Of a stretch of 64,000 nt of DNA, positions 11,001-25,338 are shown piece by piece; position 1 is the stretch's first letter; each line of letters begins with the position of its first letter. The notes beneath the pieces were generated by a model, which saw only the letters and a program-made list of their open reading frames with translations, was not told the origin of the DNA and made no database searches. The position numbers were made by a program, and so were the translations under genes. The stretch is taken from contig CM075988.1 in the NCBI GenBank assembly GCA_038087875.1, forward strand, positions 5,518,001 to 5,582,000. The letters run 5' to 3'. The DNA is from Malacoraja senta (taxonomy: Eukaryota).

Positions 11001-13992
11001 TTTCCCCCTCCCATGTCTTAAATATAGTTATGCGTAATATAACCAATTCCTTTAGCAGAGGTGTCAAAAGCCAAGGCAGCTTAGATATTATGTGACTGCA
11101 GGAAGGATGAAGGTTTAGATGACTTTAGACTTTAGAGACACAGCATGGAAACAGGTTGTTCGGTCGATCACCCTGTGCACTGACATTATCCAACACACAC
11201 TTAGGACAATTTACAACTTACCGAAGCCAATTAACCTACATACCTGTGTGTCTTAGGAGTGTGGGAGGAAACCGGAGCACCCAGAGAAATCCCATGTGGT
11301 CACAGGGAGAACGTACAAACTCTGTACAGATGGCACCCGTAGTTAGGATCGAACGTGGGTCTCTGGCGCTGTAAGGCATAAGGGAACGTTTTTTTTAACC
11401 TTTAGGGTCTGGAACTCATGGTCCAAAAAAGTGGGAGAGGCAGAGACCCTCTCCCATTTAAAACATAGAAGAGTACAGCCCAGGAACAGGCCCTTTGGCC
11501 CACAATTTCCATGCCCAACACGATGCCAAGTTACAATAATCTCCTCTGCCTGCACGTAATCCATGCCCTAATTTCCCAAATATCCACCTGCCTATCTAAA
11601 AGCCTCTTAAATGCCACTAACATATGTGATTCCATCACCACTCATGGCAGCAAATTCCAGGCACTCACCACACTTTATGTAAAAAACTCTGCCAACAGAT
11701 TTCCTTTCATCTCTGCCCTTCCCATCTTAATGCTGTGCCCTCTAGACTTTGACATTGCCACCCTGGGAAAATGGTCCATACTGTCACCCTTCATTTCATA
11801 CTCTTCCATCAGGTCTCCCTTCAGCTTCTGGCGTTTAGAGAAAATAATTCAAGTTTGTCTAACCTCTTTTAACACTACTCTGAGCTAGAGGACTATGTAC
11901 TGGAAGTTAAATTGGGTTGGGGAACTCCTTTTGAACGAGCAGAGTTTATTGATGTGTATTTTCTCTGTTTCTCTCATTTTATCAGTGACTGTGCACTATC
12001 TGATCAGATACATCCAGCAGAGGTGCAACTAAAGAAATGCTGTGACCTTAAGGCAGGATTGCCAAGTCACAGATGTACTTTAAATTTTAGACTTTAGACA
12101 TACAGTGTGGAAACAGGCTCATTGGCCCATTGAGTCTGTGCCGACCAGCGATCCCCATGTACTAGTACTATTCTATACACGGGGGACAATATACAATTAT
12201 TTACCCGAAGCCAATTAAGCTACAAGCCAGCACTTCTTTGGAGTGTGGGAGGAAACCGGAGCACCCAGAGAAAACTCACGTGGTCACGGAGAGAATGTAT
12301 AAACTCTGTACAGACAGCACCAATAGTCAGGATCGAACCCAGGTCTCTGGCCCTGTGAGGAAGCAACTCTACCCCTGCGCCACTGTGCCACCCCTGATTC
12401 TCTTCAACTTGTTTCCCAGACAATTAGTTCAAGATCAGGAAGAGTCAAGAGTGTTTAATCATCATATGTACCCAGGAACAATACAATTAATTATACAAGT
12501 GTCTTATATTAATTGTACAAGCTTTTCCCCTGACTCTCAACCTAGAGAAAGGTCTCGACCCGATACGTCACCCATTCCTTTTCTCCAGAGATGCTGTCTG
12601 ACCCGCTGAGTTACTCCAGCTTTTTGTGTCTATCTTCGGTTTAAACCAGCATCTGCAGTTCCTACTTACACAATTGAATTCTTGCATGTTGCAATTCAAC
12701 AGGCCTGTAAACGCAATAAACTATAATAATCCAAAATGCTATAAAATAATCGCCGTGATACAAGGCAAACACATCTTTTATGACAGAAAGCCTCCAGAGC
12801 TGTTTGGCTCAGCATGGGGTCACAGTCCTGGTCACTGAGGCTCTTGGCCATTGCTGCCTTGCAGGATTATTCCCATTAACAACCCACATCTGTTTCCCAT
12901 TATCTAATCATTTCTCCATCCAATTTATAGCTTCCTCCTGAATCCCTTGAGCGCTGGGGATAGCTGTAAGTATTTTGCAATGACCTTGCAAAAAGCTACA
13001 TGGAAATCAAGCTCTACAATATTAACCAAATTGCAGTTCATCCACTAAATTGATTACATCCTCGAAAGTCTTGCAATCAGTTTGTTAGAGTTAATTTGAT
13101 CCAAGTGTTATGGCCTTTTGGAACAACATGCCTGATGCTGATGATGTGGCTCATGTTACATCCAAGGTGCAGTTGAACGAATATTAAAAGTATAAATCTG
13201 CACCCATATTCTGTTATTAATCTGTTTGAAGCAACACTTCCCACTCAGGTGATCCATCTTTATTACAAAGTCCTTGTAAATTACTACAAGCTGTGCGATG
13301 TATTAAAAAGGGGAGAGAAATTTATCTTTCGTTGCTGGAACGAAGATGTATTCAAGAGAGAGTTAGATATAGCCCTTTGGGCTAATAGAATCAATGGGTA
13401 TGGGGAGAAAGCAAGAGCAGGTTACTGATTTTGGATGATCAGCCATGATCGTATTGAATGGTGATGCTGGCTCGAAGGGGCGTTTGCCCTACTCCTGCAT
13501 CTATTTTCTATCTTTCTATGGAACAAAATAGTTCATAGATAATCAAGAATCCATTTACAAGGATGTTACCAGGACTTGGGGGCTTGAACTACAGGGAGAG
13601 GTTGGGCAGGCTGGGACTTTATTCCTTGGAGTGCAGAATGAAGAGGGTGATCTTATGGAGAGTTGTACAAGATCATTTGGGGAATAGATAGGGGAGCCGC
13701 ACAGAGTCTTTTACCCAGAGATATGGGAATCAAGAATGTGCAAACATAGGTTTCAGGTGAAAAGGGAAAAATGTGATAGAAACCTGAGTGACACCTTTTT
13801 CATACAGAGGGTGGTGGGTACATGGAAAGAGCTGCCAAAGGAGGTAGTTGAGGCAGGAACTATAATAGCATTTAAAAGACATTTGGACAGGTACATGGAT
13901 AGGAAAGATTTAGAGGGATATGGACCAAATATGGGGAGGTGAGACTCGTGTAGATGGGGCATTGTGGTCATCATGGACAAGTTGGGCTGAAG

Positions 13993-14767
13993 TGTCAAAC
14001 AGGAAATTAGAAATGCGTGCAACAAAGGCAAAACAGTTATAATGGGTGACTTCAATCTACATATAGACTGGGTGAATCAAATTGGCTGGGGTGCTGAGGA
14101 AGAGGATTTCTTGGAATGTATGCGGGATAGTTATCTAGACCAACATGTAGAGGAACCAACAAGAGAGCAGGCTATTCTAGACTGGGTATTGAGTGATGAG
14201 GAAGGGTTAGTTAGCAGTCTTGTTGTGCGTGCCCCCTTGGGCAAGAGTGAGCATAATATGGTTGAGTTCTTCATTAGGATGGAGAGTGACATTGTTAATT
14301 CAGAAACAACGGTTCTGAACTCAAAGAAAGGTAACTTTGAGGGTATGAGACGTGAATTGGCCAAGATTGACTGGCAATTAGTTCTAAAAGGGTTGACGGT
14401 GGATATGCAATGGAAGGCATTTAAAGACTGCATGGATGAACTACAAAAATTGTTCATCCCAGTTTGGCAAAAGAATAAATCAGGGAAGGTAGTGCATCCG
14501 TGGATAACAAGGGAAATCAGGGATAGTATCAAAGCAAAAGATGATGCGTACAAATTAGCCAGAAAAAGCAGCATACCAGAGGACTGGGAGAAATTCAGAG
14601 ACCAGCAGAGGAGGACAAAGGGCTTAATTAGGAAAGGGAAAATAGATTATGAAAGGAAACTGGCAGGGAACATAAAAACTGACTGCAAAAGTTTTTATAG
14701 ATATGTGAAGAGAAAGAGATTAGTTAAAACAAATGTAGGTCCCTTGCAGTCAGAAACAGGTGAATTG
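13993..14767 (+). mobile_element. CR1-clade LINE, 5' part (endonuclease C-terminus), split by the L1
   Basis: MGDFN...PTREQAILDWVL...LGKSEHN. The frame ...GPLQSETGEL rejoins IMGNKDMADQLNNYF after the L1 TSD. Confidence 0.9.
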
Positions 14768-14926
14768 GGACTTCCGGTGGCGCTATGGAGTAGGAGAGAC
14801 TCGCGCCGACTAGCTCCGGGAAAAAAACATTGAAAACGGGGGAAAAAGACGGGACCTACCTCTAGAAAACGGCACCGAGTGTTTGCAACAGGTCCGTGAC
14901 GTCATCAGGCGCGCGACACCGGCAGC

Positions 14927-15948
14927 ATGTCGATTCAACATACCCCCCCCAAGACGAGAAAAACCGGTAAGGGAAAAGAGGCAGGCCCAACTGAAGCCTC
15001 AGGCTTAGTTTTAACAGCATCCCAAGAAGATATCTCAAGGAAGAAAAAAACAGATGTGGAAGAATTAAGAACCTTCCTGACACAGGAAATCTCCAATATA
15101 ATGACAGAATTTAAAAATCTTAAACAGGAGCTGAAATCTTTAAAAGATGAAATTAAAGAACAAATTAAAGATGAGGTTACAGCTTCTGTGCATGAAGTTC
15201 TGGAAGACTGGAAATTAACCATGGAAGAAAATATGCATCAAAATACTGAAGAAGTATATGATAAACTGAATTCGATGGAATCCAGATTTGATGCTAAGTT
15301 GGAGCCGATCCTCCAGACTTTAAATCAACACCACGAGGCTGTAAAGGAATTGGAGGAAATTGCTGAGACAAGCATCGAAACAACAAAAAAACTTATTGCC
15401 GAGAACAAACGCCTATCGAAGTTATTACATCAAATAACTGAAAAATGTATTGACTTGGAGGGACGACAGAGACGTCAGAATTTAAGAATCGTAGGCGTCC
15501 AGGAAGGCAGAGAGGGGAATCGTGACCCTCGCGAATTTGCTGCAGATCTGCTGAAAAAAGTCTTGAATCTGGATCAAGCACCATTAATTGCCCGAGCGCA
15601 CAGAGTATCAAGACGTCGCCCAGGGGTGGGCGCCCAAGGCAACTGATAGTGAAGGTGCAATATGACCATGTTTTGGATGATATGATGAAGATAATTGTTC
15701 AAAGCAGAAACCTCGCATTTGAAGGAGACAAGATCAGTATATTTAGAGATTATCCTGTGGAAGTCGCCAAGAAGAGAGCGCTGTTTACAGAAACAAGAAG
15801 AATACTTAAGAATATAAACAATCTGAGATATGGACTGTTATATCCCGCAACATTAAGAGTGACCTATGAGAAGAAGGAACATTTCTTCGTCAAGCATACA
15901 GAGGCACTTGAATTTGCCCAGAGCATCGTGAATAAGACCGAAGATTGA
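14927..15948 (+). pseudogene. L1 ORF1p (coiled coil, RRM, CTD) with one frameshift near 15630
   Basis: Heptad-rich N-terminal half, then DLEGRQRRQNLRIVGVQEG, ARAHR, PRQLIVK after the frameshift, IFRDYP and LLYPATLRV. These are typical L1 ORF1 motifs. Confidence 0.9.
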
Positions 15949-16892
15949 ATAATATTCTCCACCCAACATTCACCTGAAGACAGTGGAAACTGTTATCCTG
16001 CAGAGAAGAGATGGAACTTTAAACTATAATTTTTAAGAACTGTCCCCTTTCTTCTTGCAGATTTTGTCCAAGATCTGCGGGAAGAATTGGGCAATTATCT
16101 CGCTACTGATACATAAAATTTATATTTTAGTACTAATTTCTAACAATTAATTCTAATCACGAATACTAATCAATACTAATTATTGTTAACTGGACCAACT
16201 TAGAATTGATTAAAAGTATGAAATATAAGTAAAGTGTGATCCAAATAATTAATTAATAAAATATAGGAATTTTTTTCCTTGCTATTTTGGATATTTGGAT
16301 ATTTTGGACTTTGATTACTCTTTAACAATGTTTTTTGATTACTCCTTAATAATGTTTTTTGATTACTCTTTAACAGTGTCTTCCCCTTTTTTTTTTAAAT
16401 TAAGAAAAAAAAAGAGGAAAAATATTTTTAGCTTGCTATATGATATTAACATTTTAATTGGAGACTAACAAATACTTCAATTATGGAATAAAACTATTGT
16501 TTCCCTCCCCCCCATAAATTGTTTTCATTGTAATTGAAACTTTTCTTTTAAGGAAAGTACGGTGCTAGTAATATTTTTTTTTTTAACAAAAGCTACGGAA
16601 GTCTTTAGATGTTTAGCCACACTAGGGTGGCTATCACTAACTGCACTAATCATAGTTGTAGTTTTCTTCTTTTTCTATTTTTTACACGTTACTAATACAA
16701 CATTTTATTACCTTTTCTATCTTATGTTATATTATATTTTGTATTTGGAATGGAATTATATGTTTTATTTAGGGAGATATGTCCGGATGAAAAACCGACA
16801 AGACTTAGAATTCATCTACCTGAGGTTCAAGTATAAGGTAGGGTTTAGTGCGCTGATCCAGCTGCTCCAACATAGACCACTTTAATCACAAG

Positions 16893-19800
16893 ATGCAAGA
16901 CGTTAATATGAAAATTGGGGGTGAAGGAATTAAATTTTGTAGCTGGAATGTTAAGGGAATTAATGAACCAATCAAGAGAGGTAAAGTATTAGCCTATTTA
17001 AAATCACTTAAAGCAGATGTAATATTTCTCCAGGAAACACATCTTAAAAAGGAAGCACAACATAGATCGAAAGCCAAATGGTTTGCTAAAACGTATCATT
17101 CTTCATTTTCACATAAATCTAGAGGGGTTGCAATATTAATTCGTAAAGGTATACCCTTTAAACATATATCAACGACAGAAGATATTGAAGGCAGATATAT
17201 TGTATTAGTAGGGGAGTTATACTCAAAAAAAGTGACTCTCCTTAATGTATATGGACCAAATTTTGATAGCCTCCTGTTCTTTAAGAGAATACTTAACATT
17301 ATCCCGGAATGTACACAACATAATTTAATTATCGGTGGAGACTTAAATTGTACACTGGATGCTTACTTGGATAGATCATCAAGTCAAAGAAAATTAAAAT
17401 CTCAGTCAAGTGAATTCCTAAATTCATATATTAATACTACCAACATTAAGGATGTTTGGAGAATTGAAAACCCATCTGGTCGAGAATACTCATTCTACTC
17501 ATCCGTGCATAAAACTTACTCAAGGATAGACTATTTCTTAGTAGACTCTAAACTTATCCCATTTACCTATAATTCGCAATATCATAATATTATAATATCG
17601 GACCATGCTCCACTAACATTTATGATTAAACTAAATGGAATGACCGAGACAAAGACACAATGGAGACTTAACCCCCAAATCTTGAAAGAAAAGCTATGTA
17701 ATGAATACCTCGTAAAACAGATTAATATGTTTTTCGAGGCTAATGACAGCCCTGGAATCTCCGCCTCCCTTCTTTGGGAAACATTTAAAGCATTTGTGCG
17801 AGGAGCATTAATCTCCTCCCAATCATTTATTAATAAAGAGAATAGGGCCAAACAACAGTCTTTGGAAATGGAAATAAGGCAATTAGACATAGAAAATGCA
17901 ATAGCACCATCTATGGTAAAACACAATAAAATTGCAGTACTGAAATATAAGTTAAACAAGATATACTCAGACCAAGTAATAAAACTATATCAACGTACAA
18001 AACAATTACATTTTGAATTTGAAGATAAACCACAAAAACTATTGGCACGTCAACTTCGTAAACAGGACGGGGAAAAAACAATTTACAAAATTAGATCAGA
18101 TAAGGGAGAAACATTAACACTACCTAAAGATATTAATGATAGATTTTTACAATATTATCAAAAATTGTATTCATCTAAAACAACAGAACAACCAGTAGGA
18201 ATGGAAACATTTCTACAGAAATGTAATCTTACAGGTCTAGATCAGAAAGAGAGAGAATCACTAGATGTAGAAATTACGGTAAAAGACATCGAGGAGTCAA
18301 TTAGATCTTTAAAAAATGGAAAGGCCGCAGGTCCTGATGGTCTAAGCTCTGAATTTTATTAAAAATGTTACGATCTGATTTCTCCACGTCTACAGAGACT
18401 TTACAAACAAGCTTATACTCAACAGAAACTTCCAGAAACTCTAAATGAATCTACAATCATACGTATACCAAAACCGGATAAGGACCCTGAAGACCCAGGT
18501 GCATATAGAGCAATAGCTCTCTTAAATACTGATCAGAAAATATTAACCAAAATCCTATCTCATAGATTGAGCTTAGTGATTAACAAATTAATACACCCGG
18601 ACCAAACAGGTTTTATTCCAAAACGTTACTCATTTTATAATTTGAGAAGACTATTCAATATTATATATACAAATAGAATTCCAAATGCAGATCTAGCAAT
18701 TATTTCGTTAGATGCTGAAAAGGCATTTGACCAGGTAGAATGGACATATTTATTTTCGGTAATGAAAAAATTTCAATTGGGAGAGAAGTACTGTACATGG
18801 GTTAAATTGTTATACTCTAATCCAACAGCTAGAATATTAACAAATCAAATGTTAGCAGCCAAATTTAATCTTTCTAGAGGTTGTAGACAAGGATGTTCAC
18901 TATCCCCACTATTATTTGCTCTTGCAATTGAACCATTAGCAGAAAGCGTTAGAAACCATCCAGGAATACATGGATACAACACTAGAGATACAAGGAATAA
19001 AATGTCCTTATATGCAGATGATGTATTAATATATATTACAAAGTTAGAAACTAGTATTCCAAATCTATTAAATCTAATAACACAATTTGGTCAGTTCTCA
19101 GGATATAGGATTAATTGGAATAAAAGTGAAATTATGCCAATAACAAAATTCAACTTAAATACAATACAACAATCCCCTTTTAAAATAGTTAAAGATAAAC
19201 TTAAATATTTAGGAATCTATGTAACTAAGACAAATACCTCTTTATTTAAACAAAATTTTCCATCCTTACTTAATAAATTACACAAACATATTCAGTACTG
19301 GAAAACACTTCCTATTTCAATGCTTGGTAGAATGAATGCTATAAAAATGATTTTCTTACTGCAACTACTATATTTATTTCAATTAATTCCGATATATATT
19401 CCAAAAAACGTTTTCAAAAAAGTCGACTCCATTGTTACAAGCTTTATTTGGGATTATAAGAATCATAGAATAAGTAAAAAACATTTATGTAAGTCAAAGA
19501 GCAACGGAGGTTTGGCCTTGCCAAATTTCTTATTTTATTTTTGGGCAGTCCATATTAAAAACATGAATTTCTGGCTGGAAGAAATGGACCAACAACCAGC
19601 TTGGTTAAGGATGGAAAAGGTTTACCATTTGAAATAGGTTCGATTATATTTGCTACCACAAAATTGCATAAAAAAACCTATAAGGAAAACCCTATAATAC
19701 ATAGTGGAATACGAATTTGGAAACAATTAAAAAAGGTTTTAAAACTGAATAATATACCACTATGTCTTCCCATTGTAAATAATCCTCTATTCAAGCCATC

Positions 19801-20673
19801 CATATTGGATAGAGGTTTTATACAATGGAAAAATCATGGAATTAAAAGGATTGGACATCTTTATAGGGAAGGCATCTTTCTGTCATTTCAAGAGTTACAA
19901 CAGAATCATGGACTACACTCAAATAACTTTTTCAGATATTTACAAATTAGAGATTATGTTAAATCCAATACACAAGTTTATAGGACTAGGGAACCAGAAA
20001 TTCTTGATGAATGTTTGAATAAGCATCCTAACACTGAAAAATTAATAGCATATTTATAACATTCTCCTAAATAATGAGGAACCACCGATGGAACTATATA
20101 GACATAAATGGGTAAATGAGTTAGGTTATCCTATTATGAAAGATATTTGGGACGAAAGTTTACAACATATACATCAATGTTCGTTAAATGCCAGACATGC
20201 TTTAATACAATTTAAAGTCTTACACAGATTACATTATTCCAAAATAAAACTAAATACAATTTTCCCACATATTTCTCCTATATGTGATAAATGCCTGCAC
20301 CTAGAGGCCAATTTAACACATACCTTTGCAAATTGTATAAAAATTAAAAATTACTGGACTGATATTTTTTCAAATAATCTCTGAAGTTGTTAATACCGAA
20401 TTGGCTCCAGACTCAAAATTAATAATACTTGGGATATCAGAACAAAGTTTAACACTCACAACAAGCCAAAGAAACTTCCTTGACTACAGTATAATAACAG
20501 GGAAAAAATTAATATTAAAATTCTGGAAAGGCCCTACAACCCCCACAATTAAAATGTGGATTGTGGAAATGTCGGAGACCCTACATCTAGAAAGAATTAG
20601 ACTTGTCTTAATGGACAAGCAAGAACTTTTTGTTAAAATATGGGCTCCATTCATTGCCTATTTGAAGGGATAG
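16893..20673 (+). pseudogene. L1 ORF2p (APE endonuclease, RT, CCHC) with a premature stop at 18360-18362 and about three frameshifts
   Basis: Endonuclease motifs SWNVKG, LQETH, GGDLN, SRIDY and SDH. RT motifs LDAEKAFD, QGCSLSP, YADD (19011-19022) and KYLGI. C-terminal CDKC..H..C. Confidence 0.93.
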
Positions 20674-21016
20674 AGTGGCCCAGCGCGAAAGCCCGACTGA
20701 AGCTTGAACTCAGAATTAGATGTAATTATATTTCATAACCTACGAACTTATCTCCTATGACGTATTATAAGTTATTCATTCCACCTCTTTTTCTTTTTTG
20801 ATATTGTAATTCTTCTTTCTCTCTCTTCTTTCTTCTTTCTCTCTATTTTTCTTTTTCTATCTATATTAAAAAAAAACACTAGAAGCAGAATTAACTGACA
20901 ATTGACAAATTTAATAATGTATGAGTGATTGATGTATATGAAAAGTTTTTTCTTCTATTATAATATGTTACTCTACATTGTAATATGTTTGCTTCTAATA
21001 AAAATTTATATCACAA

Positions 21017-22806
21017 AGAAACAGGTGAATTGATCATGGGGAACAAGGATATGGCGGACCAATTGAATAACTACTTTGGTTCCGTCTTCACATAGGAAGA
21101 CATAAATAATCTGCCGGAAATAGCAGGGGACCGCGGGTCAAAGGAGATGGAGGAACTGAGTGAAATCCAGGTTAGTCGGGAAATGGTGTTGGGTAAATTG
21201 AATAGATTAAAGGCCGATAAATCACCAGGGCCAGATAGGCTGCATCCCAGAATACTTAAGGAAGTAGCTCCAGAAATAGTGGATGCATTAGTGATAATTT
21301 TTCAAAACTCTTTAGATTCTGGAGTAGTTCCTGAGGATTGGAGGGTAGTAAACGTAACCCCACTTTTTAAGAAGGGAGGGAGAGAGAAAACCGGGAATTA
21401 CAGACCAGTTAGTCTAACATCGGTAGTGGGGAAACTGCTAGAGTCAGTTATTAAAGATGGGATAGCAGCACATTTGGAAATTGGTGAAATCATTGGACAA
21501 AGTCAGCATGGATTTACGAAAGGTAAATCATGTCTGACGAATCTTATTGAATTTTTCGAGGATGTAACTAGTAGAGTGGATAGGGGAGAACCAGTGGATG
21601 TGTTGTATCTGGACTTTCAGAAGGCTTTCGACAAGGTCCCACATAAGAGATTAGTATACAAACTTAAAGCACACGGTATTGGGGGTTCAGTATTGATGTG
21701 GATAGAGAACTGGCTGGCAAACAGGAAGCAAAGAGTAGGAGTAAACGGGTCCTTTTCACAATGGCAGGCAGTGACTAGTGGGGTACCGCAAGGCTCAGTG
21801 CTGGGACCCCAGCTATTTACAATTTATATTAATGAACTGGATGAGTGAATTGAAGGCAACATCTCCAAGTTTGCGGATGACACTAAGCTGGGGGGCAGTG
21901 TTAGCTGTGAGGAGGATGCTAGGAGACTGCAAGGTGACTTGGATAGGCTGGGTGAGTGGGCAAATGTTTGGCAGATGCAGTATAATGTGGATAAATGTGA
22001 GGTTATCCACTTTGGTGGCAAAAACAGGAAAGCAGACTATTATCCAAATGGTGGCCGATTAGGAAAAGGGGAAATGCAGCGAGACCTGGGTGTCATGGTA
22101 CACCAGTCATTGAAAGTAGGCATGCAGGTGCAGCAGGCAGTGAAGAAAGCGAATGGTATGTTAGCTTTCATAGCAAAAGGATTTGAGTATAGGAGCAGGG
22201 AGGTTCTACTGCAGTTGTACAGGGTCTTGGTGAGACCACACCTGGAGTATTGCATACAGTTTTGGTCTCCAAATCTGAGGAAGGACATTATAGCCATAGA
22301 GGGAGTACAGAGAAGGTTCACCAGACTGATTCCTGGGATGTCAGAACTTTCATATGAAGAAAGACTGGATAGACTTGGCTTATACTCGCTAGAATTTAGG
22401 AGATTGAGAGGATATCTTATAGAAACGTACAAAATTCTTATGGGGTTGGACAGGCTAGATGCAGGAAGATTGTTCCCGATGTTGGGGAAGTCCAGGACAA
22501 GGGGTCACAGCTTAAGGATAAGGGGGAAATCCTTTAAGACCGAGATGAGAAAAAACTTTTTCACACATAGTGGTGAATCTGTGGAACTCTCTGCCACAGA
22601 TGGTAGTTGAGGCCAGTTCATTGGCTATATTTAAGAGGTAGTTAGATGTGGCCCTTGTGGCTAAAGGGATCAGGGGGTATGGAGAGAAGGCAGGTACGGG
22701 ATACTGAGTTGGATGATCAGCCATGATCATATTGAATGGCGGTGCAGGCTCGAAGGGCCGAATGGCCTACTCCTGCACCTATTTTCTATGTATCTATGTA
22801 TCTATG
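21017..22806 (+). mobile_element. CR1-clade LINE, 3' part (RT and 3' UTR with a CTATG-type tail)
   Basis: [40 protein letters not shown] and LVRPHLEYC, with in-frame stops. Tail TTTTCTATGTATCTATG. Confidence 0.92.
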
Positions 22807-24870
22807 ACTCTATGACTGTATGACTCTATAATGGATGGCACAGTGGCACAGTGGTAGAGTTGCTGCCTTACAGAGCCAGAGACCCAGGTTCCATCCTGAT
22901 TGCCGCGCTTGTCCATACATAGTTTGTACGTTCTCCCCGTGACCTACGTGGGTTTCCCCCAGGAGCTAGGTTCCCCCCCCACACCACAAAGACGTACAGG
23001 TTTGCCGGTTAATTGGCTCGGTATAAGTGTAAATGGTCCCTAGTGTGTGTAGGATCATGTTAATGTGCGGGGATCGCTGGTCGGCGCGGACTCGGTGGGC
23101 CAACGGGCCTGCTTCTGCGCTGTTTAAAGAGACCAATTAAACTACAAACCCGCACGTCTTTTGGATGTTGGGAGGTAACAGAAGCACACAGCAGTCACAG
23201 GGAGAATGATAAAGTCTCCTCAGACAGCACCTGAGGTAGGATTGAACCCGGGTCTCTGGCTCTGTGAGGCAGCAGCTCAACCACTGTGCCACTGTGGAGT
23301 TCAAACTTTGACAAAATTGCTCCCGGTTTGTTCCTGTATATTTGTTGTTCGGTGAAGATCAGGTGTAGTGTGCCTCAAGATAGGCAGAATTCCTTCTGCA
23401 AATACACTGTGTGTCCTGGGAACTACTGGCCCATGAGTGCTCGAAATGTAGTGGATGTCACTGAGACCCTGGTGTCCCTTCATCAGGTCTATCTAGAAAC
23501 CCAGCATATATGGACCCACTGCCCATCCGGCTATCCCAGTAACAACCCGTGGAAAAGTTCACACTGGCTCATCAGTTGCCCTCATTACCTTGAATTTTCA
23601 TATCCACCTTTAATAGAAATAATTATTAGTCCTCCACCCACCTCATGGGTGATAATGACGAAAATGATGATAATTATGATGATACTTTATTGCCACATGT
23701 ACCTTAGCTGCAGTGGAATTCTTTGTTTTGCATACAATGCAACAGGTAGGCAAAGAGTCGCCCCATTTAATTTAGTTTAGATACAGCGCAGAAACAGGCC
23801 CTTCGGCCCACCGAGTCCATGCCAACCGTCGATCCCCGCACACTAACACTGTCCTAAGCACACTAGGGACAATTTTACACTTATACCAAGCCAATTAACC
23901 TATAAACCTGTACGTGTTTGGAGTGTGGGAGGAAACCGAAGATCTCGGAGAAAACCCACGCAGGTCACAGGGAGAACGTACAAACTCCGTACAGGCAGCA
24001 CCCGTATTCAGGATCGAGCCCAGTTCTAGGGGGCTGAAAGCCAGTAGCTCTACCGCTATCCCACTATAGCTTACAAAGTATTTGGTATCTTTGGTGATCC
24101 CTCTTTTCATCTTCGATTCTCCCACGGTTTCCTCGGCGCCCCCGCCACACTGGGTCTCTCTTCGTTCTCGGCGGCCCTCCCCATGCCAGGTCTCTCTTTG
24201 TTCTCTCGGTGGGGTGTCCTCGGACGACCTCTGGCACTCACTCACTGGGCAGAGAATTCCAAAGATTCACCTCTCCCTGAGAGAATAAATCTCCACACAC
24301 TTTAGTTTTCATCGAACGACCCTTTACTTTATCGTTACGTCCCCTTGTGCGTGACCTACCCATCAGTAAAACATCTCAACATCAACCCTCTCTAAGGATC
24401 TCATGTGGATCTATGGGGCCACCACCATTCATTCATTCATCGTAGTTCTAAGGAATGCAGATTCAAGCTGACTAACCTCTCTTCATAGAACAACCTCTCG
24501 CCCCAGACATTGGCGAGTGGGACTAGTTCGCTTTAAGTCAACTTGGTCAACATGGTCGAGTTGGGCCGAATGGCCTCTTCTACACTGTATAACACTGTAA
24601 CTCTGTGACATTAATGAATATGGGATTATAACAGGAGTGAATCTATGCTCACAATCACAGCAGGGTATTTCTTATAACTGTATTGAAGAAAACTAATACA
24701 GGTTAAAAAAGATATACTTTGTCCAACAATCTGTCTCTGTATGCTTCGTTGTCACCTTCTCCTTGGTAACAATGATCTATTTTACATTTTCTTGAACCTC
24801 ATCTCCTTTGATATCTCGTTTTCACACCTTACCCTTCCTTATCTCTGTGTCTCCCTCTCCCTTGACTCTC

Positions 24871-24904
24871 AGTCTGAAGAAGGGTATCGACTCGAAACGT
24901 CACC
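24871..24904 (+). ncRNA. Minimal hammerhead-like motif
   Basis: CTGAAGA-A-GGGT(ATCG)ACTC-GAAA-CG-TC, with a G-U pair in stem II. Confidence 0.55.
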
Positions 24905-24908
24905 ATTC

Positions 24909-25338
24909 GCGGGCGGCGCTGAACTTCAAACACCGTGGAGCCTGGGATCTCACGACGAGGTCGCCAGAGTCGGAGCATCGACCAGCGCGGCTCGTGGACT
25001 TCGGGAGCCGCGGTATACTGGGAGGAGGCGGACGCTCCAGACACTCCGGGCCGCTGAGAGTGTTCACCCGACATCAGAATTCCATCATCCGGCGAGAGGG
25101 CCTGAAGCATCGGGCTGCCGTAGCGGCGACTGCAGAGGCCTCAATAGGCCTCGACTATGGGTGAACTGGGGATGGGACTGGACTTTGCTGCCTTCCCGCA
25201 CAGTGGGAACCATTGTGGGGGGATGTTTTTATGTTGTTAAGTTCTTGGATGTAATCTTTATTTGTGTGCTGCATGGCAAGTCAAATTTCACTGCACCAAT
25301 TGGTGTATGTGACAATAAATGTTTATCTATCTATCTAT
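24909..25338 (+). mobile_element. GC-rich non-autonomous retroposon with a (TATC)n tail, inserted in a Penelope pLTR
   Basis: TSD CATTC at 24904-24908 and 25339-25343. AATAAA precedes the tail. Confidence 0.65.

Larger units (their letters stand above)
14768..21016 (+). mobile_element. Full-length L1-clade LINE (inactivated), inserted in a CR1 LINE
   Basis: 16-bp TSD AGAAACAGGTGAATTG at 14752-14767 and 21017-21032. GC-rich 5' UTR starting GGACTTCCGGT, ORF1, ~940-bp AT-rich spacer, ORF2, and AATAAA at 20997-21002. Confidence 0.95.

Noticed and set aside
14042..14833. 263-aa ORF as an intact gene
   Set aside because: It is a CR1 ORF2 fragment reading through the junction into the L1 5' UTR
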